Sequence record: DRR723986_6726
Reading direction: 5' to 3' (one strand)
DNA length: 54,375 nucleotides
The notes under the pieces were generated by a model that saw only the letters and a list, made by a program, of their open reading frames with translations, did no database searches and was not told where the DNA came from. Position numbers and translations under genes: made by a program. Numbering within the stretch: position 1 is the first letter of the stretch; every line of letters begins with the position of its first letter. Below, piece by piece: positions 47,221 to 54,375 of this stretch.

Positions 47221-48202
47221 GCAATGGCTGAATGCGCGTTGGTACGGGCGGCCGGGAGTGCTGTATGCATTCTGGCCTCTGGAGTGCCTGTTTCGCGCAT
47301 TGGCCGCATTGCGACGGCGCAATACCCGCCCACAGCGCTGTTCGGCGCCGGTTATTGTGGTCGGCAATATCGCTGTTGGTGGCAGTGGTAAAACCCCCGC
47401 TGTTTTAGCGATCGCCCAATACCTCCAGCAGCGCGGTTGGCGCCCCGGAATCGTCAGCCGCGGTTACGGTGGTAAGGCTGCGCAGTATCCCTTATTCGTC
47501 ACCAATGCCACACTGCCCTCGGAAGCGGGCGATGAACCCTGCCTGATGGCGCGGCGCAGCGGCCTGCCGGTTGCGGTAGCGCCAGACAGGGTCGCCGCTG
47601 CAAATTTGTTAGTGGACGAGCACGCGTGCAACGTCATTATCAGCGACGATGGTCTGCAGCATTATCGCCTCTACAGAGATGTTGAAATTCTGCTTGTTGA
47701 CGCAGCGCGCGGCTTTGGCAATGGCCACTGCCTGCCACTTGGGCCGCTGCGGGAACCGCCGCGGCGCAGCGAAGAGGTGGATCTGGTCATCAGCAACGGC
47801 CGCGTTGAAAGCGATGTTCTGGCGGCGTTATCCGCCTATGAAATGCGCCTGAAGGGCGACACCTTGATCAATGTTCACTCGGGCGAGCGACGCACGGCAG
47901 CAGACTGGCCCGAGAATGCCCGCCGGGTGAATGCGATTGCGGGTATTGGCCATCCACCACGCTTTTTTGCCGCATTGACTGAGCTGGGCTTTGACTGTCG
48001 AGGGCAGGCTTTTCCCGACCACTACGAATATCGACCCGAAGACCTACAGCAGGACTCATCATTGCCACTGGTGATGACGGAGAAAGATGCGGTTAAATGC
48101 GCACAGATCAGTCCGGCGGACAGCTGGATGCTTCCTGTTGATGCCGTGTTGCCCGACACGTTTTTTGAATCGCTTGATCAGTTACTCGACCGAGTTGCCT
48201 AA
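47210..48202 (+). CDS. lpxK: Tetraacyldisaccharide 4'-kinase
   Basis: VVGNIAVGGSGKTP, SRGYGG, GDEP, SDDGLQHY, LPLGPLRE, FPDHY, MTEKDAVKC. Confidence 0.96.
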   Translation: MKLEQWLNARWYGRPGVLYAFWPLECLFRALAALRRRNTRPQRCSAPVIVVGNIAVGGSGKTPAVLAIAQYLQQRGWRPGIVSRGYGGKAAQYPLFVTNATLPSEAGDEPCLMARRSGLPVAVAPDRVAAANLLVDEHACNVIISDDGLQHYRLYRDVEILLVDAARGFGNGHCLPLGPLREPPRRSEEVDLVISNGRVESDVLAALSAYEMRLKGDTLINVHSGERRTAADWPENARRVNAIAGIGHPPRFFAALTELGFDCRGQAFPDHYEYRPEDLQQDSSLPLVMTEKDAVKCAQISPADSWMLPVDAVLPDTFFESLDQLLDRVA

Positions 48203-48217
48203 ACGCCAGAGGTTTCC

Positions 48218-48985
48218 ATGTCTTACACCGTTATTATTCCAGCCCGTTACGCCTCGAGCCGTCTGCCGGGGAAACCGCTGATGGACATCGCGGGCATGCC
48301 GATGATTCAGCATGTATGGCTGCGGGCCTCACAGAGCGGCGCCGAACGAGTGGTGATTGCAACCGAAGATGAACGCGTGGCCCGCCGCTGTGAAGCGTTT
48401 GGGGCGCAAGTTTGCATGACCAGTGCTGAGCACGAGAGTGGCACTGACCGCTTGCAAGAGGTGGTTGCCAAATTGGGGCTTGCCGATGACGATATCGTGG
48501 TCAATGTCCAAGGTGACGAGCCCCTGCTGCCCGCACCGGCAATAGAGCAAGTGGCGCAAAACCTCGCGGCCAATACTCAGGCCGGCATTGCAACACTGAA
48601 AGAGCCGATTAACGATGCCGCGACGGTCTTCAATCCCAATGCGGTAAAAGTGGTGAGCGATCGTCAGGGTCTAGCACTGTACTTTAGCCGCGCCCCCATC
48701 CCGTATTGCCGCGACCAATGGTCCGATGGCCAGGGGGTGTTGCCTGAGGGCGTTGAATACTGGCGGCATATTGGTATCTACGCCTACCGCGTCGGCTTTC
48801 TGCACCAGTTTGTAAGCTGGCCCGCGGGCGAGCTGGAGAGTTGTGAGCGCCTGGAACAGCTTCGGGCTATGGAGAACGGCGTGCGCATACATGTGGCGCA
48901 GAGCTGTGTCGATATTCCCGGCGGTGTAGACACCGAAGAAGACCTCAATGCGGTGCGCGCCATTTTGGAGTCAGGTCGTGGTTAA
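48218..48985 (+). CDS. kdsB: 3-deoxy-manno-octulosonate cytidylyltransferase
   Basis: [46 protein letters not shown]. Confidence 0.97.
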   Translation: MSYTVIIPARYASSRLPGKPLMDIAGMPMIQHVWLRASQSGAERVVIATEDERVARRCEAFGAQVCMTSAEHESGTDRLQEVVAKLGLADDDIVVNVQGDEPLLPAPAIEQVAQNLAANTQAGIATLKEPINDAATVFNPNAVKVVSDRQGLALYFSRAPIPYCRDQWSDGQGVLPEGVEYWRHIGIYAYRVGFLHQFVSWPAGELESCERLEQLRAMENGVRIHVAQSCVDIPGGVDTEEDLNAVRAILESGRG

Positions 48986-49448
48986 GCGGGTGTTATTTGT
49001 CTGCCTGGGAAACATATGCCGCTCGCCGACGGCGCACGGCGTATTTTTGCACAAGGTGATTGATGCCGGTTTGCAGGCGCAGATCGAGATTGACTCGGCG
49101 GGCACCGCGGCTTGGCATACCGGCAAGTCGCCAGATGAGCGCAGCCAAGCCTTCGCCGCGCGGCGCGGCTACGATTTATCAGCCCTGCGTGCCCGGCAGG
49201 TATGTGAAGCCGACTTTTATCGCTTTGACTATATATTGGCGATGGACCGCGCCAATATGGATTCCTTGGCAGAGATCGCCCCGAATGATGCCAGCGCGAC
49301 AGTCTCCTTATTACTGAACTTTGGCAGCAGCACGATTGAAGAGGTTCCCGACCCATACTACGGCGGCGATGACGGCTTTAACGCCGTGTTAGATCTTGTC
49401 GAGGACGCATCAGAGGGGCTGTTACAGGCTCTGCAGCGAGAACATTAA
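48978..49448 (+). CDS. ptpA: Low-molecular-weight protein-tyrosine phosphatase
   Basis: [14 protein letters not shown]-loop, DSAGT, VPDPYYG. Confidence 0.93.
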   Translation: MVKRVLFVCLGNICRSPTAHGVFLHKVIDAGLQAQIEIDSAGTAAWHTGKSPDERSQAFAARRGYDLSALRARQVCEADFYRFDYILAMDRANMDSLAEIAPNDASATVSLLLNFGSSTIEEVPDPYYGGDDGFNAVLDLVEDASEGLLQALQREH

Positions 49449-50470
49449 TGTTGGAAATCGCCAAAAACGTCTCACTGCTCAATCATAATACCCTTGGCGT
49501 AGCGGCGCAGGCATACGCCTACAGCGCGATCGACAGCGACGGCGACTTGCGCGACGCCCTGCAGTACGCCGAGCAGCACGGCCTGCCGAGCCTCGTACTG
49601 GGCGGCGGTAGCAATATAGTATTGAGTGATGACTACCCCGGTTTAGTGATACACATGCGCCAGCGCGGTATCAGCGCAAGTCCCATTGAGGGCGGCGTGG
49701 CGCTGCGGGTTGCCGCAGGCGAAAACTGGGATGCCTTGCTGCGGTATTGTCTGGATCAAGGGTGGTATGGGCTCGAAAACCTGATAGCCATTCCCGGGTC
49801 GGTGGGGGCCGCACCGGTGCAAAATATAGGCGCATACGGGGTGGAGCTGTCTCATTGCCTGGCCTGGGTAGAGGGCTGGGATCGGCGGCTCGGCGAGCGC
49901 CGGCGTCTGTCGGCAGAGCAGTGCCAGCTGGCCTATCGGGACAGTATTTTTAAGGGCGCGTTGCGCGATCAATTCATCATTACTGAGGTTGGGCTGCATC
50001 TGCGCCATCGCGCCCACGCCAATACCGATTATCCTGCGCTGCGGCAATTCCTTGTCGAGCACGGCGAATCACCCGAGGAGGTTCACCCTCGCGTTGTTGC
50101 GCAAGCCGTTGCCGCTATCCGTGCTGCTAAGCTTCCCGATGTGCACGCTGAGCCGAATGCCGGCAGTTTTTTCAAAAACCCGCTGGTCAGTGCTGATGTC
50201 GCCAAGCAATTACTTATCGACTTTCCGGAGATGGCGCACTGGCCGGTGCCCGATGGGCAGGTAAAGCTGGCCGCTGCGTGGTTAGTGGACCAGTGCGGCT
50301 GGAAAGGGCGCCGTCTTGGCCCGGTCGGCGTGCACCCCAAGCAGGCCATTGTTTTGGTGAATTACCAGCAGGGCAGGGGCGAGGATATTCTTGCCCTCGC
50401 CGATGCCATCATTGGCGATGTCGCCCGGCGCTTTGGTGTGCAGTTGGCTATCGAACCGCGGGTTTACTGA
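49448..50470 (+). CDS. murB: UDP-N-acetylmuramate dehydrogenase
   Basis: LGGGSNI, GLENLIAIPGSVGAAPVQNIGAYG, YRDSIFK, NAGSFFKNP, QAIVLVN. Confidence 0.96.
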   Translation: MLEIAKNVSLLNHNTLGVAAQAYAYSAIDSDGDLRDALQYAEQHGLPSLVLGGGSNIVLSDDYPGLVIHMRQRGISASPIEGGVALRVAAGENWDALLRYCLDQGWYGLENLIAIPGSVGAAPVQNIGAYGVELSHCLAWVEGWDRRLGERRRLSAEQCQLAYRDSIFKGALRDQFIITEVGLHLRHRAHANTDYPALRQFLVEHGESPEEVHPRVVAQAVAAIRAAKLPDVHAEPNAGSFFKNPLVSADVAKQLLIDFPEMAHWPVPDGQVKLAAAWLVDQCGWKGRRLGPVGVHPKQAIVLVNYQQGRGEDILALADAIIGDVARRFGVQLAIEPRVY

Positions 50471-50472
50471 AG

Positions 50473-51069
50473 ATGGCGACCGGTGAACGGGAGATACAAC
50501 TTCCCGGCGGTGGGCTAATTTATCAGGCGGATTTTGTGCCGGCGCCGGATCAGTTGTTTCAGCAGTTGCGTGACCACGTTATTTGGCAGCAGCCGATGCT
50601 GCAGGTTTTCGGGCGTTGGTCTCCAACGCCGCGCCTGGTGAGCTTTGTCGGCGACGATGGGCTGAGCTATCGCTACAGCGGTCAGCAGCACGATAGTATG
50701 CCGTGGCCAGATGCCCTGTTACCGCTAAAAGCCGCGCTGGCTGATAAATACGGTTTGTTATTCAACTGTGCACTATTAAATTACTACCGTGACGGCAAGG
50801 ACTGCATGGGCTGGCACAGTGATAATGAGCGCGAGCTGGGGCCATCGCCGGCCATCGCCTCAATCAGTGTGGGGGAGTGCCGGGATTTTCGGCTTCGGCC
50901 CTCGCCCAAGGGGTGTGCCGCGGGCCATCCGCCTGTGAGCATCGCCCTGGAGCACGGGTCGCTGCTGCTGATGCTGCCGCCGACCCAATCCCACTGGCAG
51001 CATAGCCTCCCCAAGCGTGCAAAACGTGGTCCACGCATAAATATCACGTTTCGCCAGCTGATTCGCTGA
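50473..51069 (+). CDS. AlkB-family 2OG-Fe(II) dioxygenase (ALKBH2/3-like)
   Basis: TPRL, YRYSG, LLNYYRDGKDCMGWHSDNE (HxD), WQHSLPK, RINITFR. Confidence 0.92.
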   Translation: MATGEREIQLPGGGLIYQADFVPAPDQLFQQLRDHVIWQQPMLQVFGRWSPTPRLVSFVGDDGLSYRYSGQQHDSMPWPDALLPLKAALADKYGLLFNCALLNYYRDGKDCMGWHSDNERELGPSPAIASISVGECRDFRLRPSPKGCAAGHPPVSIALEHGSLLLMLPPTQSHWQHSLPKRAKRGPRINITFRQLIR

Positions 51070-51133
51070 GCTCCCTGTAGCCTGAATATATCCCTAAATG
51101 GTATCGTTTGCGTCTTACACAGGGAGTAACACT

Positions 51134-51787
51134 ATGATCACAGTGCTGGTTGCAGATGACCACGCCATGGTGCGGACGGGCATAGCAAGGATGCTAGACG
51201 ACGCAGACGATATCAGTGTCATTGCGGAGGCGGCAAATGGCGAAGAGGCCATTCAACGCTGCCGCGAACTTCGGCCTGATATTGTACTGATGGATATACG
51301 AATGCCGGGTATGGGCGGCCTTGAAGCCACCCGAAAACTTCAGCAGGTTGCGCCGGATACCCGGATTATTGCGGTTAGCGCCTGCGAACAGGAGCCGATG
51401 CCCAGCCGTTTATTGAAAGCCGGCGCCTGGGCCTACCTGACGAAGGGCGGCGACGACAGTGGGCAAGAAGTACTGACTGCCGTGCGTCAGGTGGCCAGCG
51501 GCAAGCGCTATTTAAGCCCCAGTATTGCCCAGGCCCTGGCGCTCAGGGGCTATGACGAGCAATCGGCTTCGCCCTTTGACAGCCTGTCTGAGCGAGAAAT
51601 TCAGATCAGTATCATGATAGGCAATGGCTTACGCGTGCAGGATATTGCCGATACCTTGCATATTCAGGCGAAAACCGTGAACAGCTACCGCTATCGCATC
51701 TTTGAGAAGCTCGATGTCAATGGCGACGTGGCTCTGACGCTGCTGGCCATTCGCCACGGCCTCATTGAGGCTCCGAGCAGTAGTTGA
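51134..51787 (+). CDS. gacA: UvrY/SirA/GacA response regulator
   Basis: VLVADDH...LMDIRMPG receiver domain and LuxR HTH SPFDSLSERE...KTVNSYRYRIFEKL; directly upstream of uvrC. Confidence 0.9.
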   Translation: MITVLVADDHAMVRTGIARMLDDADDISVIAEAANGEEAIQRCRELRPDIVLMDIRMPGMGGLEATRKLQQVAPDTRIIAVSACEQEPMPSRLLKAGAWAYLTKGGDDSGQEVLTAVRQVASGKRYLSPSIAQALALRGYDEQSASPFDSLSEREIQISIMIGNGLRVQDIADTLHIQAKTVNSYRYRIFEKLDVNGDVALTLLAIRHGLIEAPSSS

Positions 51788-51796
51788 TAGGACAAT

Positions 51797-53632
51797 ATGG
51801 CGTCTTCGCAGAGTTTTGACCACCAGCGTTTTTTAAAGACGGTCACCCAAAAAGCGGGTGTCTATGTCATGCTCAGCGAAGCGGCCGATATTCTCTATGT
51901 CGGCAAGGCCAAAAATCTGCGAAACCGACTGAGTAGCTATTTCCGCAGCGCGGGGCTGACCAATAAGACGATGGCGTTGGTGGCGCGCATTCATCAAATT
52001 GAAGTGACGGTTACCAGCACAGAGCGAGAAGCTCTGCTGTTGGAGCAAAACTTAATCAAGCAGTACCGACCACCCTATAACATCCTACTGCGTGACGATA
52101 AATCCTACCCCTATATCTACCTGAGCAGCGATCATCGTCATCCGCGCTTGAGCCTGCACCGCGGCAGCAAACGCGCCAAGGGCACGTATTTTGGCCCTTA
52201 CCCCAGTGCCGGCGCGGTGCGCGAGAGCCTGAGCTGGCTGCAAAAAGTCTTTAAGGTCCGCCAGTGTGAGGACAGCTACTATCGCAATCGCAGCCGGCCA
52301 TGTTTGCAATATCAAATTGGTCGCTGCACCGCGCCCTGCGTCGGAAAAATTTCCGATGACGAGTATCGACGCGATGTCGCCTACACAGAAATGTTCCTCA
52401 GCGGGAAAAGTGCCGATTTACAAGCCTCACTGGCCGATGAAATGGAGCGCAGTGCCGAGGCTCTGGAGTTTGAAAAAGCGGCGGAGCTGCGCGATCGCAT
52501 TGGTTACCTGCAGCAAGTTCAAGCCAGCCAATGTATTGAGGGAGAAACCGGCGACCTGGATATCGTTGCCGGCGTTATCAACGCCGGACTGTGTTGCATA
52601 CAGCTACTGTCGGTGCGCGGTGGACGGGTGCTTGGCAGCCGCAGTTATTTTCCCAAAAGTGCATTGGAGGAGGGCGTGCACGATCACGTCGAAGCGTTTA
52701 TCGCTCAGCACTACCTGACGGGTAGCGGCGCGATGGACTTGCCGAAGGAGCTGGTACTCAATGTCGAACTCGGCGATGCTGCTTTACTGGCCAGCAGTTT
52801 AAGTGAACAAGCCGGGCGCAGTGTTTCCATCGCGCACCGGGTGCGTAGCCAGCGTGCTAAATGGTTGCAGCTGGCAATTACCGCCGCTGAGCAAAACCTG
52901 CAGAATCGCCTGGCGGCAACGGAGAGTATGGCTGGCCGTTATCGAGCCTTGCAGGAACTGCTGGATTTGGACGCGCCGCCATCGCGACTGGAGTGTTTTG
53001 ATATTAGCCACAGCAGCGGTGAGGCAACGGTGGCCTCCTGCGTGGTGTTTGACGACAACGGGCCACTGAAGTCGGACTACCGCCGGATGAATATCGAGGG
53101 TATTACCGGGGGGGATGATTACGCGGCCATGAACCAGGCGCTGAGTCGCCGCTACAAGCGTATTGCCAGCGGCGAAGTTCCCAAGCCTGACATCCTGTTC
53201 ATCGATGGCGGCAAAGGGCAGTTGAACCAGGCGCTTAAGGTTTTACATGAGCTCGGCATTCGCGATCTGCTGACCGTGGGGGTTGCCAAAGGCTCCGATC
53301 GCCGCGCCGGATTAGAAGTACTGATTCGCGGCGATAATGGACGCGAACTCAGCCTGCCAGACAACAGCCCAGCGCTGCATCTTATTCAGCATATCCGCGA
53401 TGAATCGCACCGCTTTGCGATTGGTGGGCACAAAGCCCGTCGCGACAAGGCGCGCCGACAGTCGGGGTTGGAGGCGATTCCCGGCGTGGGCGCCAAGCGT
53501 CGCAGAGAGCTACTGCGCCATTTTGGCGGCTTACAAGGGGTGCGTCAGGCGAGTGTCGCCGACCTGTGTCGCGTGTCGGGTATTAGCGAAAAAATTGCCC
53601 GTGATATCTATGAAGGACTGCGTAGCGCCTAG
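51797..53632 (+). CDS. uvrC: Excinuclease ABC subunit C
   Basis: GIY-YIG-like GVY...LYVGKAKNL, YNILLRDDKSYPY, ECFDISH, IDGGKGQL, RDESHRFAI, C-terminal HhH. Confidence 0.98.
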   Translation: MASSQSFDHQRFLKTVTQKAGVYVMLSEAADILYVGKAKNLRNRLSSYFRSAGLTNKTMALVARIHQIEVTVTSTEREALLLEQNLIKQYRPPYNILLRDDKSYPYIYLSSDHRHPRLSLHRGSKRAKGTYFGPYPSAGAVRESLSWLQKVFKVRQCEDSYYRNRSRPCLQYQIGRCTAPCVGKISDDEYRRDVAYTEMFLSGKSADLQASLADEMERSAEALEFEKAAELRDRIGYLQQVQASQCIEGETGDLDIVAGVINAGLCCIQLLSVRGGRVLGSRSYFPKSALEEGVHDHVEAFIAQHYLTGSGAMDLPKELVLNVELGDAALLASSLSEQAGRSVSIAHRVRSQRAKWLQLAITAAEQNLQNRLAATESMAGRYRALQELLDLDAPPSRLECFDISHSSGEATVASCVVFDDNGPLKSDYRRMNIEGITGGDDYAAMNQALSRRYKRIASGEVPKPDILFIDGGKGQLNQALKVLHELGIRDLLTVGVAKGSDRRAGLEVLIRGDNGRELSLPDNSPALHLIQHIRDESHRFAIGGHKARRDKARRQSGLEAIPGVGAKRRRELLRHFGGLQGVRQASVADLCRVSGISEKIARDIYEGLRSA

Positions 53633-53674
53633 AAAAAGCCTAAAATAGCGCCAATTCAAAGAAATGAGAGCCCC

Positions 53675-54241
53675 ATGAATATACCCAACGCCTTGACGCT
53701 ATTCCGGATTGCATTGATTCCCGTGTTTGTAATCCTGTTCTATCTGGACTTTCCCGGTAGTTACATCGCAACGGCCGCGGTATTCGCAATAGCCGGCATG
53801 ACCGACTGGCTCGACGGCTACCTTGCCCGCAAGCTTGAGCAGTCCACGCCGCTGGGCGCGTTTCTGGACCCCGTGGCCGACAAGCTTATGGTCGCCGTTG
53901 CCCTGGCGCTGTTGATAGAGCGCTACAACACCCTCTGGTTTACTGTGCCTGCCATCGTAATCATTGGTCGGGAAATTGTAATTTCCGCTCTGCGTGAGTG
54001 GATGGCGGAATTGGGCAAGCGCACCAGTGTGGCCGTTTCTTACTTAGGTAAAGTTAAAACGACGGCGCAAATCGTCGCCATTATCGGCCTGCTGATGATG
54101 CCGCCCGTGGAGGGCAGTTTGTGGTACCAGGCAAATATGCTGTGCTTGTATGTTGCGGCGGTATTAACCCTGTGGTCGATGTTGATCTATCTTCATGCAG
54201 CGTGGCCGGATTTGCGCGGCAAAGTGGAAGAAAACAGATAA
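53675..54241 (+). CDS. pgsA: CDP-diacylglycerol--glycerol-3-phosphate 3-phosphatidyltransferase
   Basis: [22 protein letters not shown]...[24 protein letters not shown]. Confidence 0.97.
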   Translation: MNIPNALTLFRIALIPVFVILFYLDFPGSYIATAAVFAIAGMTDWLDGYLARKLEQSTPLGAFLDPVADKLMVAVALALLIERYNTLWFTVPAIVIIGREIVISALREWMAELGKRTSVAVSYLGKVKTTAQIVAIIGLLMMPPVEGSLWYQANMLCLYVAAVLTLWSMLIYLHAAWPDLRGKVEENR

Positions 54242-54266
54242 AACTGCGATAAATCAGCAACTTTCC

Positions 54267-54301
54267 TTGACAGCAAGCGGCGAGAAGCTAGAATAGGCGC
54301 C
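54267..54301 (+). promoter_or_regulatory. Stable-RNA-type sigma70 promoter for tRNA-Gly
   Basis: TTGACA-N16-TAGAAT followed by the GC-rich discriminator AGGCGCC. Confidence 0.88.
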
Positions 54302-54346
54302 TTCTTGAGTTGCCGCCCTGTAGGGCCTTGTCTGGTATCTCAAATT

Positions 54347-54375
54347 GCGGGAATAGCTCAGTTGGTAGAGCGCAA
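54347..54375 (+). tRNA. tRNA-Gly, 5' part only (probably GCC anticodon, glyW-like; cut by window end)
   Basis: GCGGGAATAGCTCAGTTGGTAGAGC matches the glyW-type 5' end, at the usual position after pgsA. The anticodon is outside the window. Confidence 0.88.

Noticed and set aside
51102..51119. GacA-box half site CTTACA before gacA, and TGTAAG before comEC
   Set aside because: Only half of TGTAAG-N6-CTTACA in each case; expected by chance.
1..54375. Mobile elements, CRISPR arrays, prophage, toxin-antitoxin or defence genes, REP-type repeats, pseudogenes
   Set aside because: No transposase or integrase ORFs, repeat-spacer arrays, obvious compositional islands or broken frames were seen; nearly all sequence is intact housekeeping genes.

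Overview
A core-chromosome window (about 55-58% GC by eye) from a Gammaproteobacterium. It is probably marine and related to Pseudomonadales/Cellvibrionales, inferred from the Na+-NQR operon and a gene order resembling Pseudomonas. Order: 3' part of dnaX, ybaB, recR, rnd, ycgL, ycgN, membrane protein; cysK; MoxR AAA+/VWA pair; TrmH methylase and IclR regulator; amtB without glnK; glutaredoxin-like plus MOSC; slt/uup; Usp; topA; sulA-lexA; MscS, mtnP, csiV, mfd; long-type GAPDH; nqrABCDEF-apbE-nqrM; lolCDE; DUF2062; comEC-exbB-exbD-msbA-lpxK-kdsB-ptpA-murB; AlkB-like; gacA(uvrY)-uvrC-pgsA; 5' end of tRNA-Gly. I saw no mobile element, CRISPR array, prophage or defence island, and I cannot support a wholly new multi-gene system. 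The most interesting signals are mostly non-coding: (1) a complete -1 programmed frameshift cassette in dnaX; (2) an unusual amtB control region, with a sigma54 promoter whose best NtrC sites lie downstream in a ~220-nt leader; (3) a candidate 3'UTR sRNA with an anti-Shine-Dalgarno seed upstream of lexA; (4) tandem LexA boxes; (5) a TonB-less ExbBD motor inside the LPS biogenesis operon. Family names come from motif recognition and memory, not from database searches.
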